Counted from the first letter of the stretch, positions 42,322 to 52,076 are shown. The stretch: 64,000 bases of DNA from Bdellovibrionota bacterium (GCA_030828105.1 JAURDE010000001.1:14042-78041), one strand, 5' to 3'. A program made the numbers and translations. Notes: generated by a model not told the origin, from the letters alone.

Positions 42322-42407
42322 TGGTGGCGAGTGGTGGATTCGAACCACCGAAGACATACGTCGACAGATTTACAGTCTGTTGCCTTTGACCGCTCGGCAA
42401 ACTCGCC
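42322..42407 (-). tRNA. trnY: tRNA-Tyr (anticodon GUA), long variable arm, CCA encoded
   Basis: Acceptor GGCGAGT/ACTCGCC, anticodon loop CTGTAAA, a 13-nt variable arm and T arm GGTGG-TTCGAAT-CCACC. Confidence 0.9.
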
Positions 42408-42429
42408 ATTGACTAAATTTACTTAAATA

Positions 42430-42505
42430 TGGAGCTGGCTATAGGACTCGAACCTACGACCGTCGGTTTACAAAACCGATGCTCTACCAACTGAGCTAAG
42501 CCAGC
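42430..42505 (-). tRNA. trnT: tRNA-Thr (anticodon UGU), CCA encoded
   Basis: Acceptor GCTGGCT/AGCCAGC, and anticodon stem TCGGT/ACCGA with loop TTTGTAA. Confidence 0.9.
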
Positions 42506-42530
42506 CCTCATTTGAGCAAATCAGAAGCTA

Positions 42531-42559
42531 CTTATAATCATAAGGTTTTCTTGTGTAAA
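42531..42559 (-). promoter_or_regulatory. sigma-70 promoter of the tRNA(Thr-Tyr-Gly-Thr)-tuf unit
   Basis: On the minus strand, TTTACA (42559-42554) is followed by a 17-nt spacer and TATAAG (42536-42531), about 25 nt upstream of the first tRNA. The flanking upstream sequence is AT-rich. Confidence 0.6.
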
Positions 42560-42661
42560 GAACTTTTGTCATTTAGGTGCAGATGATTTTAATTTTCGAT
42601 TTCAAATAATTACAAGATATTAAACTTATTACACTTAGCATTAGTCGACAATGAGCTTTAC

Positions 42662-43432
42662 TTAAATGACCCCAAAAACCTTTTCCATTGAAATTGCTGA
42701 AGCTACTGAAACATTTAAAGACTTCATCTTTCCAAAGGAATTGAGCTTTCCTTTTCTTTCAATACAAAACTCAACAGCATTAGAGAGCCCTTTATCTTCT
42801 GCTCCTAACACAAGGCAAACACTTTGATCACCAATATCTTCTAGATTCTCTTCAAGAGTCTTTGTCGCATGTTCTGAGAGTCCAATACAGGCCACATCTT
42901 TACCCTGAAGCTTTTTAATCATCTTGGATATATTTGAGCAAAAATGCAGGGGGATATGCTCACTGGCCCCTGAGGCAATTCTAAAAAAGCTTGGGTTTAA
43001 GGTAATGCTATTTTTTAAAGGGAGAATAAGTACATCAATATTATAAAAAGAGGCCGTCCTTAAAATCGCACCTGCGTTTTGAATGTCCGTGACTTGATCT
43101 AGAATCACTATTTTCTTTTTTCCAGCTTTTAGACTTTGATAGATCTCGTCGGCCGATAATAAAGGAATTTTTCCACAAACAAGAAGAACTCCTCCAGGAA
43201 TTCGTGAGTAGTTAAAATCATTTTCTTTATAGATTTCCTTTCCTCTTTCTTGAAAATTATGAGGAGTTAAAACCTCCAACTTTCCTTCCGTTTTGGCAAG
43301 ATCATCTCTTTTGAGCTTTTTTTTGATTTCGGCCCAGCCTTTTTCGGTGGCAAAAATTTTTTCGATTGTTCTTTTCGGGTTTGAGATGGCCTCAATAATA
43401 CTATGAGTCCCAATAATATAATGAAAGTTCAT
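42662..43432 (-). CDS. rlmB: TrmH/SpoU-family RNA 2'-O-methyltransferase (RlmB-like)
   Basis: N-terminal substrate-binding motif (IIGTHSIIEAISNP) and SpoU motifs (LDQVTDIQNAGAILRTA, LVLGAEDKGLS, LNVSVASAI). Confidence 0.7.
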   Translation of the reverse strand: MNFHYIIGTHSIIEAISNPKRTIEKIFATEKGWAEIKKKLKRDDLAKTEGKLEVLTPHNFQERGKEIYKENDFNYSRIPGGVLLVCGKIPLLSADEIYQSLKAGKKKIVILDQVTDIQNAGAILRTASFYNIDVLILPLKNSITLNPSFFRIASGASEHIPLHFCSNISKMIKKLQGKDVACIGLSEHATKTLEENLEDIGDQSVCLVLGAEDKGLSNAVEFCIERKGKLNSFGKMKSLNVSVASAISMEKVFGVI

Positions 43433-45166
43433 TTAAGATGCCCCTTCAAGAAGCTCTTTTATTTTAGAAATCAGATCCTCTTTAGAAACTTTAAAAGTTT
43501 CTTTCGTTTTTCTAACTTTTATTTCAAAAAGAGAGTCTTTTTTATGGTCTCTTTCACCAAGAACAACCCTTATAGGAAGCCCTAATAGGTCTGCATCTTT
43601 AAATTTAAAGCCAGGGCCAAGCTTTGGTCTATCGTCATACAGGACTTCAAAGTTCTCCTTTAGAAGGTCATAAATCTCATCCCCTAGCTCTTCATATTCG
43701 GAGGTCTTTGTAATGGTTGCAAAGTGAACATGATAAGGAGCGATGGTGACTGGCCAAATAATTCCATCTTCATCGTGAGATTGTTCAATGGCCGCGGCCA
43801 CAGTTCTTGTCGTTCCAATTCCATAACAGCCCATGAAAGGGTTAACGGCCTTACCATTTTGATCTAGCACTGTCGCATTCATGGATTTGGTGTATTTATC
43901 ACCAAGTTGAAAAACATGACCTACTTCAATTCCAGAAATTTCTTCGACCACACCTTCTTTACCATCTGCTTTATGAATATCACCAGATTTTGAAAGTCTA
44001 AGGTCTACCTTCTCAATGTCTTTAAGGTCTCTACTAGGAACAAAGCCTGTAAAATGAGCGTCATCTTTATTGGCACCCGTACTATAAGCGCCATCAAGAT
44101 TTATTTCTTTATCAAAGATTACCTTAACTTTAGCCTTGAGATCGTATGGCCCTATATATCCTTTTACAAATCCAAGCTGATTAAGTTGATTATCAGTGGC
44201 AGGTTTCACATGGTCTGCCTTGGCCCAAAGGTTTAATTTGATTTCATTAAGATCGTCATCACCTAAAAGAAGCGCCAACACAAACTCCTCTTCTTCTCCA
44301 TTAATAATAGAGTAAACGAGAGATTTTAAGGACCTATGTTGAGGTTGTTTTAAAAAATTACAAACATCTTCTATAGTAGCGGTTCCTGGAGTGCTGACTT
44401 CTTTAAGTTCTGGACTTGAGAGATCAAAATCTAATTTTTCTCGAGAAGTTTCTGCTCGTTCAATATTAGCTGCGTAACCTGTTTCTTTGCAAAAAATGAC
44501 TTTATCTTCGCCAGACCTAGCAAGAACTTGAAATTCGTGAGTCTTTTGTTTTCCATCGGCCATGGCCCCAGCATCGGCCTCTACAGCTATAAAATTCAAA
44601 CCAATTCTAGTAAAAATCCTTTCATAAGCTCTATAAAGAGTCTGATAACCTTTTTCTAAGCACTCCCAACTTGCATGAAAGCTATAGGCATCTTTCATGG
44701 TAAACTCACGTCCCCTCATCACTCCAAACCTCGGTCTTATTTCATCCCTAAATTTGGTATTGATTTGGTACAATGTGACGGGAAGTTGTTTATAGGACTT
44801 AATACTTTTCTTAAAGATATCAACCACTGCTTCTTCATTGGTTGGAGAAATACAAAGGTCTCTATTACCTCTATCTTTTGCTCTCAGCATGAGAGGTCCC
44901 ATAGAATCCCATCGTCCAGATTCCTGCCAAAGCTCTCCTGGTGTGACAACACTCATCGTAAGCTCATAGCAATCATCTTTATTGAGTTCTTCTCTAATAA
45001 TATTTTCAACTTTTTGAATAGATCTAAGACCTATCGGAAGGTAGTTATATATTCCGGCACCTGACTTATGTATAAGCCCAGCTCTAACCATCAACTGATG
45101 TGAAGGAATCGTTGCATCAGTAGGTGCTTCTTTATAAGTTTGCCAAAAACCTTTAGAAAGTCTCAT
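43433..45166 (-). CDS. proS: proline--tRNA ligase (bacterial type with INS editing domain)
   Basis: Motifs FRDEIRPRFGVMRGREFTMKDAYSF and GCYGIGTTR. ATG 45166 (MRLSKGFWQTYKE) is preceded by AAGAGG; the track start lies 10 codons upstream. Confidence 0.9.
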   Translation of the reverse strand: MRLSKGFWQTYKEAPTDATIPSHQLMVRAGLIHKSGAGIYNYLPIGLRSIQKVENIIREELNKDDCYELTMSVVTPGELWQESGRWDSMGPLMLRAKDRGNRDLCISPTNEEAVVDIFKKSIKSYKQLPVTLYQINTKFRDEIRPRFGVMRGREFTMKDAYSFHASWECLEKGYQTLYRAYERIFTRIGLNFIAVEADAGAMADGKQKTHEFQVLARSGEDKVIFCKETGYAANIERAETSREKLDFDLSSPELKEVSTPGTATIEDVCNFLKQPQHRSLKSLVYSIINGEEEEFVLALLLGDDDLNEIKLNLWAKADHVKPATDNQLNQLGFVKGYIGPYDLKAKVKVIFDKEINLDGAYSTGANKDDAHFTGFVPSRDLKDIEKVDLRLSKSGDIHKADGKEGVVEEISGIEVGHVFQLGDKYTKSMNATVLDQNGKAVNPFMGCYGIGTTRTVAAAIEQSHDEDGIIWPVTIAPYHVHFATITKTSEYEELGDEIYDLLKENFEVLYDDRPKLGPGFKFKDADLLGLPIRVVLGERDHKKDSLFEIKVRKTKETFKVSKEDLISKIKELLEGAS

Positions 45167-45213
45167 AAATAACCTCTTTGGGTGAAAATTCCCCATTTTT
45201 TGCAGAAAGTCTA

Positions 45214-46131
45214 TTAAAAAATAGGTCCTAAGACAATTGGTAGATCAAAGGCCTCTATGGCCTCTTTCTCCAGTGATGGAGCAGAAACAATTTCATATGC
45301 ACTTTTGGTATCAAGTAGCTTCCGACAAAGAAGATTATGGAGGTTATGACCTGATTTATAGGTGGTTACTTTTCCTGCAATTTCATAACCTAATAAAGCG
45401 ACATCTCCTAAAGTATCGAGGATCTTGTGACGTACAAATTCGTCTTTAAACCGAAGACCATCTTTATTTACTACTCGATAATCATCTAACACAACGGCAT
45501 TATCCAAGGAGCCGCCTTTGATTAGGCCCTTTCTCTTCAAATTATCGACATCCCTTAAAAGCCCAAAAGTTCTGGCCCTTGAGATTTGATCAATAAAATT
45601 AATGCAAGAGAAATCAAAAGTTTTTCTCTGTGTCTTTAGTAAAGGATGAGTAAAGTTAATGACTGAGTCTATGACAAGTTTAGAACTTGGCTCAAAACGG
45701 GCCCATTTGTCCCCTACTTTAACTTCTACTGGCTCCAACACAACTAAAAACTTTTTAGGTTTAGATTGAGAAACAAGGCCTGTTTCTTTCAACAAAAAAA
45801 CAAAAGATGCGCCAGAACCATCCATAATTGGTACTTCTGGCCCAGAAATTTCACAATAAACATTGTTAAGGCCTAGTCCATAAAAAACAGAAAGCAAGTG
45901 TTCTACTGTATGAACACTATTTAGCCCTTCACCTATTGTTGTGTTATTTTCTGTTGCTCCTACATTATGGGCACAGGCCTTAAGTATAGGAGCATCTTTA
46001 AGATCTGTTCTTCTGAATTGAATTCCACTATCTTCTGGTGCAGGATAGAGTTTTAATGTTACTTTTTTGCCAGAATGTATTCCAATCCCTGTAATACTTA
46101 CTTCTTTTGCCAAAGTTCTTTGATAAAGCAC
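45214..46131 (-). CDS. lpxC: UDP-3-O-acyl-N-acetylglucosamine deacetylase
   Basis: Motifs QRTLAKEVSITGIGIHSGKKVTL, HTVEHLLS and FVRHKILDTLGD. It uses a GTG start. Confidence 0.9.
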   Translation of the reverse strand: MLYQRTLAKEVSITGIGIHSGKKVTLKLYPAPEDSGIQFRRTDLKDAPILKACAHNVGATENNTTIGEGLNSVHTVEHLLSVFYGLGLNNVYCEISGPEVPIMDGSGASFVFLLKETGLVSQSKPKKFLVVLEPVEVKVGDKWARFEPSSKLVIDSVINFTHPLLKTQRKTFDFSCINFIDQISRARTFGLLRDVDNLKRKGLIKGGSLDNAVVLDDYRVVNKDGLRFKDEFVRHKILDTLGDVALLGYEIAGKVTTYKSGHNLHNLLCRKLLDTKSAYEIVSAPSLEKEAIEAFDLPIVLGPIF

Positions 46132-46290
46132 TTAACTCACTTCCTTTACGCTTTGCTTCTTTCTGATAAACTAAAAAAGACCTATTAATAAACAATTATA
46201 CTTTATTGGGCAAAATATTAAATATATTTCTTATTCCCCTTTTAAAGCATAATTATGTGATAATTGAGTAAAATGATTGAGGAGAAATCT

Positions 46291-46680
46291 ATGAAGTACT
46301 TAGTCCCTCTTATTTTTCTTATTCTAACAGCCTGCGCATCTAAACCCGTTCTTTATCCTAACCAAAAATTTAAAAAGGTAGGAAAGGAGCTTGCTAGTCA
46401 GGACATTGATCAGTGTATGAAAGAAGCTGAAGACTATTTGGACTCTCCGACTGGAAAAAATATGGCCAAAGGTGCGGCCGGAGGGTCTTTGATCGGTGGT
46501 GCCATGGGAGCAGTTAGTGGAATCTTTAAGGGTGACATTGTAGGAGGCGCAGTCCGAGGTGCGGCCGTTGGTGGTGCTGGCGGTGCAGCTGCAGGCTCAC
46601 TAACACCAGATATGATTAAAAGAAGATATGTAAACTCTTGCCTTCAAAAGAAAGGTTATCGAATATTAGGATGGGACTGA
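46291..46680 (+). CDS. glycine-zipper outer-membrane lipoprotein
   Basis: Lipobox LILTAC|AS and a Gly-rich zipper (GAAGGSLIGGAMGAVSG...GAAVGGAGGAAAG). ATG 46291 is preceded by GAGGAG. Confidence 0.7.
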   Translation: MKYLVPLIFLILTACASKPVLYPNQKFKKVGKELASQDIDQCMKEAEDYLDSPTGKNMAKGAAGGSLIGGAMGAVSGIFKGDIVGGAVRGAAVGGAGGAAAGSLTPDMIKRRYVNSCLQKKGYRILGWD

Positions 46681-47117
46681 TGATTTGGTTTGCTAAGGCC
46701 CAATTAGAAAAAATTAATGAAAGAGGAAAAAACACTCTCTCTTCTCTAATGGGAATTGAAGTGACTGAAATGGGGGATGATTTTCTTAAAGGAATCATGC
46801 GAGTCGATCACAGGACCATTCAACCCTATGGAATTCTTCATGGTGGGGCAAGTGGAGTCTTTGCTGAGACATTAGGAAGTGTCGCCTCTAATCTTGTCAT
46901 TGATAACTCTGAATTTGTGGCCGTCGGTTTAAACCTGTTTGTTTCTCATATTAAAAAGGGAAATATGGGTGAAGAGCTAATGGGAATTTGTAGGGCGAAC
47001 CACCTGGGAAAGAAAACCCATATTTGGGATATTGAGCTTTTTAATCCTAAAAAAGAGCTCGTTTCTAAATCTACCCTAACGACAACTGTTCTTCCCATCG
47101 GAAAAGTTAAAGGCTAG
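46671..47117 (+). CDS. PaaI/hotdog-fold acyl-CoA thioesterase
   Basis: Motifs LMGIEVTEMGDDFLKGIMRVDHRTIQPYGILHGGASGVFAETLGS. The start is ATG 46671 or ATG 46680, which overlaps the upstream TGA. The track start TTG 46638 is unlikely. Confidence 0.7.
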   Translation: MGLMIWFAKAQLEKINERGKNTLSSLMGIEVTEMGDDFLKGIMRVDHRTIQPYGILHGGASGVFAETLGSVASNLVIDNSEFVAVGLNLFVSHIKKGNMGEELMGICRANHLGKKTHIWDIELFNPKKELVSKSTLTTTVLPIGKVKG

Positions 47118-48118
47118 CGAAAAAGAGGAAGATCTTCTCCAAAAAATTTTCGTGCCCTCTCACCTAGTTCTCTCCCTCTTGGAGTGCGAATAAGAAAGCC
47201 TTCTTTTAAAAGAAAAGGCTCATAGACATCTTCAATATTAGTTTTATCCTCACCCAGAGTGGCACATAGAGCATCAATTCCAACAGGCCCACCTCGATAA
47301 TAATCATGAATGACCTCTAAAATCTTTCGGTCCATTCGATTGAGACCATTATGATCAATATCCATAAGAGAAAGAGACTGATCGACTTCTTCCATACTTA
47401 CTTTTTCTTTCCCATGAACCAAAGAATAATCTCGTACTCTTCGAAGGATTCGGTTGGCAATTCTTGGAGTACCTCTAGAGCAACTGGCCATCTTTAGTTT
47501 TGCCTCAGAAGAAATATCAAGATTAATCTTATTAGCGTTATTATGAATAATTTTAGCGAGCTCTTCTGGTGTGTAGAAATCAAAATGCATATGAGCAATG
47601 AATCGATCTCTTAATGGGTTTGAAAGAAGTCCACTTCTTGTCGTAGCTCCTAAAAGAGTAAAGGGTCTAATTTCAATTTGCATAGTTCTTGCTGAAGGAC
47701 CTTGTCCAAGCATGATATCAAGCCTAAAGTCTTCCATCGCAGAATAAAGAATTTCTTCAACGGTAATAGGAAGTCTATGGATCTCATCGATAAAAAGAAC
47801 ATCTCGAGGCTCAAGATTTGTAAGAAGAGCAGCAAGATCACCTTTTTTTTCTATGGCAGGACCTGAAATGACATGAAGATTAGAATCTAATTTATCAGCA
47901 ATAATCATTGCTAGAGAGGTTTTCCCAAGGCCTGGAGGACCGCTAAAGAGAGTGTGATCCATTGCTTGTTTTCTCATATTAGCGGAATCAACCATCAGAG
48001 AAACATTTTGAATAATTTTTTCTTGCCCTACGTACTCATCAAAGTTTTGTGGGCGAAGCCTATTTTCATGAGTCGATTCTTCTTCTTTTAATTTAGCATC
48101 GAGAATATTTTCTTCCAT
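47114..48118 (-). CDS. ruvB: Holliday junction branch migration helicase RuvB
   Basis: Walker A GPPGLGKTS, Walker B LFIDEIHRL and RGTPRIANRILRRVRD. Confidence 0.95.
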   Translation of the reverse strand: MEENILDAKLKEEESTHENRLRPQNFDEYVGQEKIIQNVSLMVDSANMRKQAMDHTLFSGPPGLGKTSLAMIIADKLDSNLHVISGPAIEKKGDLAALLTNLEPRDVLFIDEIHRLPITVEEILYSAMEDFRLDIMLGQGPSARTMQIEIRPFTLLGATTRSGLLSNPLRDRFIAHMHFDFYTPEELAKIIHNNANKINLDISSEAKLKMASCSRGTPRIANRILRRVRDYSLVHGKEKVSMEEVDQSLSLMDIDHNGLNRMDRKILEVIHDYYRGGPVGIDALCATLGEDKTNIEDVYEPFLLKEGFLIRTPRGRELGERARKFFGEDLPLFR

Positions 48119-48122
48119 AGGT

Positions 48123-48731
48123 CTAGAATTCCTTTAAAACTAAATGAACCAATTGCTCCGCTTTCGTGAGTTTATTTTCCATCATCAGTTTTTGAAGAGA
48201 TGGAATGATTTCTTCTTCTTGGAAGCCCAGTTCTTTACAAGCAAGCAGAGCTTCTTGAAGAATATCAGAGCTATTCTCACCTATCATATCCGCTTGTAAC
48301 GGGGCATTTTCAACTGTTCCAGAATTGAAATAAATATTCACTTTATCCACTTTCTTCTTCAAATCGAGAATAATTTGAGAAGCAGCTTTTTTTCCAATTC
48401 CTGGTGCCTTAGCAAGCACATCAGCTTGTTCAAAGGTAATTGCCGTTTGAATTTTTTCAGGCCCAAGAAAAGATAAGAGAGTATAGGCCGTTTTGGGCCC
48501 AATTCCCTTAACTGTGGTTAATAGTTCAAAAAGCTTTTTCTCTTTCAGGTTCAAAAATCCATAGAGGTCCTGAGCGGTTTCTCGAACAATATGGGAGATA
48601 TAAATATTAATTTCAGAACCTTCAGCTACGAGCTGATTAAAGGTTACCTGATACCCTACTCCACTTGGAGTATGGATAATAAGATCATTTCCGTCACAAA
48701 AAAGTACTTCACCTGATAAGTGGCCTATCAT
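48123..48731 (-). CDS. ruvA: Holliday junction DNA-binding protein RuvA
   Basis: MIGHLSGEV N-terminus and HhH motifs (VKGIGPKTA, APGIGKKAA). Confidence 0.9.
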   Translation of the reverse strand: MIGHLSGEVLFCDGNDLIIHTPSGVGYQVTFNQLVAEGSEINIYISHIVRETAQDLYGFLNLKEKKLFELLTTVKGIGPKTAYTLLSFLGPEKIQTAITFEQADVLAKAPGIGKKAASQIILDLKKKVDKVNIYFNSGTVENAPLQADMIGENSSDILQEALLACKELGFQEEEIIPSLQKLMMENKLTKAEQLVHLVLKEF

Positions 48732-49203
48732 TTTGTCTTCCTTCTAAAAGTCCATGGCATAAGGCTATCGCAAGGGCATCGGACTCGTCATGTGTCTTAA
48801 AGGCAATTTTTCCAAAGACCATTTCAAGTACTTTACTGACACCCTGCTTTGAAGCATGACCGTCTTGGGTCACCGTATTTTTCACAAGGGTAGGAGAATA
48901 TTCAAACATCTTTATATTAGAGCATGCGGCAATCATCGCCCCACGGGCCTGAGCGAGTTTGGCGAGGGAACTAACATTTTTCACATAGATAAGAGACTCA
49001 AAGGCAACCTCATCTGGATTAATTCGTTGGATGAGCTGCTGTAAATCTGAATAGATATGGGCGATTCGAAGAACAAAGTCTTTCTTAGCGTCAAACTTCA
49101 AGATTCCAGACTCGACGTATCGAAAGCTTCTTCCTTCTTTATGGATTACTGCGAAGCCTGTTTTAATAGAACCGGGATCAATTCCCAGTATAAGCTTACT
49201 CAC
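48709..49203 (-). CDS. ruvC: crossover junction endodeoxyribonuclease RuvC
   Basis: ILGIDPGSIKTGFAV N-terminal catalytic motif and a C-terminal DESDALAIALCH. It uses a GTG start. Confidence 0.9.
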   Translation of the reverse strand: MSKLILGIDPGSIKTGFAVIHKEGRSFRYVESGILKFDAKKDFVLRIAHIYSDLQQLIQRINPDEVAFESLIYVKNVSSLAKLAQARGAMIAACSNIKMFEYSPTLVKNTVTQDGHASKQGVSKVLEMVFGKIAFKTHDESDALAIALCHGLLEGRQNDRPLIR

Positions 49204-49373
49204 TGAGCCAATTTACCTTTAATATAGGTCCCCACGTAAAAAACGAGGGAGCCTCCAACCAATTGGAGAAATTCCAATTGACCATAGTTTCCTTTTTCAA
49301 TTCCTGAGAACAAACAAAGTCCAACAGAAGCAAATCCCACAAGCTGTAGTCCCAGTCCTATGTAGAATAACAT
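49200..49373 (-). CDS. 57-aa small membrane protein, translationally coupled to ruvC
   Basis: Below the track cutoff. Hand translation gives MLFYIGLGLQLVGFASVGLCLFSGIEKGNYGQLEFLQLVGGSLVFYVGTYIKGKLAQ, with two hydrophobic spans. AGGTG SD lies 4 nt upstream, and its TGA overlaps the ruvC GTG (GTGA). Confidence 0.5.
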   Translation of the reverse strand: MLFYIGLGLQLVGFASVGLCLFSGIEKGNYGQLEFLQLVGGSLVFYVGTYIKGKLAQ

Positions 49374-49398
49374 TTTTCACCTAACCTTAATAAAGCCC

Positions 49399-49426
49399 TT
49401 GCATTTCTGGCCCTTTTTACTACTAT
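49399..49426 (+). promoter_or_regulatory. possible sigma-70 promoter of folD-gcvTH
   Basis: TTGCAT (49399-49404) is followed by a 16-nt spacer and TACTAT (49421-49426), about 35 nt upstream of the folD ATG. Confidence 0.4.
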
Positions 49427-49461
49427 GCTGACTTCTTTACCAACAATTAGATGAAAGTGGT

Positions 49462-50325
49462 ATGACGCAGTTACTAAAAGCAAAACCCGCTAGGGAAAAA
49501 GAAATTCAAAACCTCAAAGCTCAAACACAAGAACTTGTGCAGCGAGGCACAACACCTTGTTTAAAAGTTATTCTTGTCGGAAATAACCCTGCAAGCGTGA
49601 TTTATACCACCAACAAGAAAAAGTTCGTCGAAAACTTTGGTGGGAGTTGTGAGATTATCAAACTGCCTGAGACAATATCTGAAAAAAACTTTCTAGAAGA
49701 AGTTGAAAAAATATCTCAAAACCCAGAAGTTCATGGTTGCTTTATCCAACTACCTCTTCCCGATCAACTTAAGCATATTGATGTGGGACAACTTATACCG
49801 CCAAATAAAGATGTGGATGGATTTCACTCTGAAAACATCACAGCTATTTTTAAAGGAGACTGTGGAGATACTTCTCTTGCTCCTTGTACTCCCAAAGGAG
49901 TTATAACCCTACTTCATCATTACGATGTTGAGTTAAGTGGTAAAGATTGTGTTGTTATCGGGAGATCAGAGATTGTTGGTAAGCCAATGTCTATGCTTCT
50001 TACAAATTATAACGCTACTGTGAGTCTAACTCACTCAAAAACAAAAGATTTACGCAAATATACAAAAAATGCTGACATTATTATCGTCGCTATTGGTAAG
50101 GCCAAATTTTTAGATGAGAGTTATATTTCAAGTGATAAAACTCAAGTCATTGTAGATGTTGGTATGAACCATGATGAAAATGGTAAATTATGTGGTGATG
50201 TTGACTTTGATAACGTTGTAGAAAAAGTGGCCAGTATAACTCCAGTACCTGGTGGTGTTGGGCCCATGACTATTTTAACACTAGGTCAAAATTTAATTAA
50301 GGCCGCTAAACGGAATTTAAAATGA
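49462..50325 (+). CDS. folD: bifunctional methylenetetrahydrofolate dehydrogenase/cyclohydrolase
   Basis: Motifs VILVGNNPASVIY, PCTPKGV, VVIGRSEIVGKPM and PVPGGVGPMT. Confidence 0.95.
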   Translation: MTQLLKAKPAREKEIQNLKAQTQELVQRGTTPCLKVILVGNNPASVIYTTNKKKFVENFGGSCEIIKLPETISEKNFLEEVEKISQNPEVHGCFIQLPLPDQLKHIDVGQLIPPNKDVDGFHSENITAIFKGDCGDTSLAPCTPKGVITLLHHYDVELSGKDCVVIGRSEIVGKPMSMLLTNYNATVSLTHSKTKDLRKYTKNADIIIVAIGKAKFLDESYISSDKTQVIVDVGMNHDENGKLCGDVDFDNVVEKVASITPVPGGVGPMTILTLGQNLIKAAKRNLK

Positions 50326-51392
50326 GTGAACTAAAGACAACTATTTTAACTGACGATCATCTCGAGTTAAAAGCTAAGATGGCCCCTTTCGCTGGTTATA
50401 ATATGCCCATTCAATATTCTTCTGTTAAAGAAGAGGCACTAGCAGTTAGAAATAGTGTTGGTGTATTTGATGTCAGTCATATGGGAGAATTTTTTGTAGA
50501 GGGTGAACAAACTATAGACTTTATAGATCATATTATTCCTAACGATTATAAAAATCTTTCTGTTGGAAAGGCCATCTACGCTCCCCTACTTAGAGAAAAT
50601 GCTACAATAATAGATGATCTTATCACCTATAAATTATCTGAAAATAAGGCAATGATTTGCGTTAATGCGGCCAATATTGAAAAAGATTGGAACTGGATAA
50701 GCGCACAAGCTCAAAAATTTGATATAAAGTTATCAAACCATTCTGATGAAATCTCTTTACTTGCAGTCCAAGGCCCTAAAGCTGAATCAACACTGAATTC
50801 ACTTGGTCTTGAAGTAAGTGATGTTCCTACATTTGGTGTGAAAAGTTTTGAGAATGGAATTATTTTGGCCAGAACAGGTTATACAGGGGAAGACGGATTT
50901 GAAGTTTTTTGCCCTAATGCAACGGTAAAAGAACTATGGTCTAACCTTCTTAGCAGTGGTGTTACTCCTTGTGGACTTGCTGCACGAGATGTTCTTCGCT
51001 TAGAAGTTTGCTACCCACTTTATGGTCACGAGTTAAATGATGAGCTGACTCCTTTAGATACTGGTCTAAAGTGGACAGTAAAAATGAATAAACAAAACTT
51101 CATTGGTAAAGAGACATTAGAAAACTATAAGGCCAAGTATAAGCTTATTAAATTGGCCCTTAATAAAGGAATACCTCGCGAGGGATACGACGTTCTCAAC
51201 TCAAATGGTGATGTTATTGGAAAGGTTACCTCTGGAACAATGTCTGTCACTCTAAATAGGGGTATCGCTCTTGCTCTAATAGACTCACAAAAAGTACCTG
51301 CTGATGAAATCTTTCTTATCAAAATAAGAAAAAATGATTATCCTGCTGAATATTTAAAAAAACCTTTCGTGGTTGGAGGAAATAAAAAATGA
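50322..51392 (+). CDS. gcvT: glycine cleavage system aminomethyltransferase (T protein)
   Basis: Motifs FAGYNMPIQY, VGVFDVSHMGEF, RTGYTGEDGFE and LGARDVLRLE. An ATGA overlap joins it to folD. Confidence 0.9.
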   Translation: MSELKTTILTDDHLELKAKMAPFAGYNMPIQYSSVKEEALAVRNSVGVFDVSHMGEFFVEGEQTIDFIDHIIPNDYKNLSVGKAIYAPLLRENATIIDDLITYKLSENKAMICVNAANIEKDWNWISAQAQKFDIKLSNHSDEISLLAVQGPKAESTLNSLGLEVSDVPTFGVKSFENGIILARTGYTGEDGFEVFCPNATVKELWSNLLSSGVTPCGLAARDVLRLEVCYPLYGHELNDELTPLDTGLKWTVKMNKQNFIGKETLENYKAKYKLIKLALNKGIPREGYDVLNSNGDVIGKVTSGTMSVTLNRGIALALIDSQKVPADEIFLIKIRKNDYPAEYLKKPFVVGGNKK

Positions 51393-51772
51393 GTAATACA
51401 CCATCAGAACTAAAATATACGCAAGAACATGAATGGGCAAAATTAGAAGGAGAAGTGATCTCTATTGGAATTACTGATTTTGCTCAATCATCCTTAGGAG
51501 ATATTGTATTTTTGGAGTTACCAGAAGTTGGAACATCATTAGATAAAGATTCTCCATTTGGTGTCGTTGAGTCTATAAAATCTGTCAGTGACCTATTTAG
51601 CCCTCTAGCTGGTGAAGTGATTGAAGTAAACTCAGAGCTTGTTGATTCTCCTGAAAATATCAACGAAAACGCTTATGATAACTGGATGATTAAAGTTAAG
51701 CCTGCCAATATGGGTGATTACGAAGAGCTAATGAGTGCCGAACAGTACACTAGCTTTTGCGACGAAAACTAA
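51389..51772 (+). CDS. gcvH: glycine cleavage system H protein
   Basis: YTQEHEWA, GITDFAQSSLGDIVF and the lipoyl-lysine motif VESIKSVSD. Confidence 0.9.
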   Translation: MSNTPSELKYTQEHEWAKLEGEVISIGITDFAQSSLGDIVFLELPEVGTSLDKDSPFGVVESIKSVSDLFSPLAGEVIEVNSELVDSPENINENAYDNWMIKVKPANMGDYEELMSAEQYTSFCDEN

Positions 51773-51791
51773 TAACTAAAATAAAAGAGCA

Positions 51792-52076
51792 ATGGCAACT
51801 GAGCAAACCTTAATACAAATTTTAAATACTGCTATAATCAAAAGCAAAGAAAAGAGGATTGATAGCTCCTTTGATGAAAAACTATCTGAAGTTTGTAATA
51901 GACCAGCGATAAAGGCCATTTCTCTTGCTATTTCTCACTTAAGTGAGACTCAAAATATTTCGCGCGACCAAGCCGCCATGGAAATTGTCAGTACTGTTAG
52001 AGACTTAGATCACGGCTGGAGCGACTATCTTCTCATTGAAGGCATTCACAAAGTGAAAGAAAGCCTCAAACCTTAG
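51792..52076 (+). CDS. hypothetical protein (94 aa, predicted helical)
   Basis: ORF lies 19 nt after gcvH on the same strand. I recognise no motif. Confidence 0.4.
   Translation: MATEQTLIQILNTAIIKSKEKRIDSSFDEKLSEVCNRPAIKAISLAISHLSETQNISRDQAAMEIVSTVRDLDHGWSDYLLIEGIHKVKESLKP

Noticed and set aside
42146-42426. Track ORFs 42146-42409 (-) and 42184-42426 (+).
   Set aside because: They run straight through the tRNA-Gly and tRNA-Tyr genes. The region is explained by the tRNA cluster.
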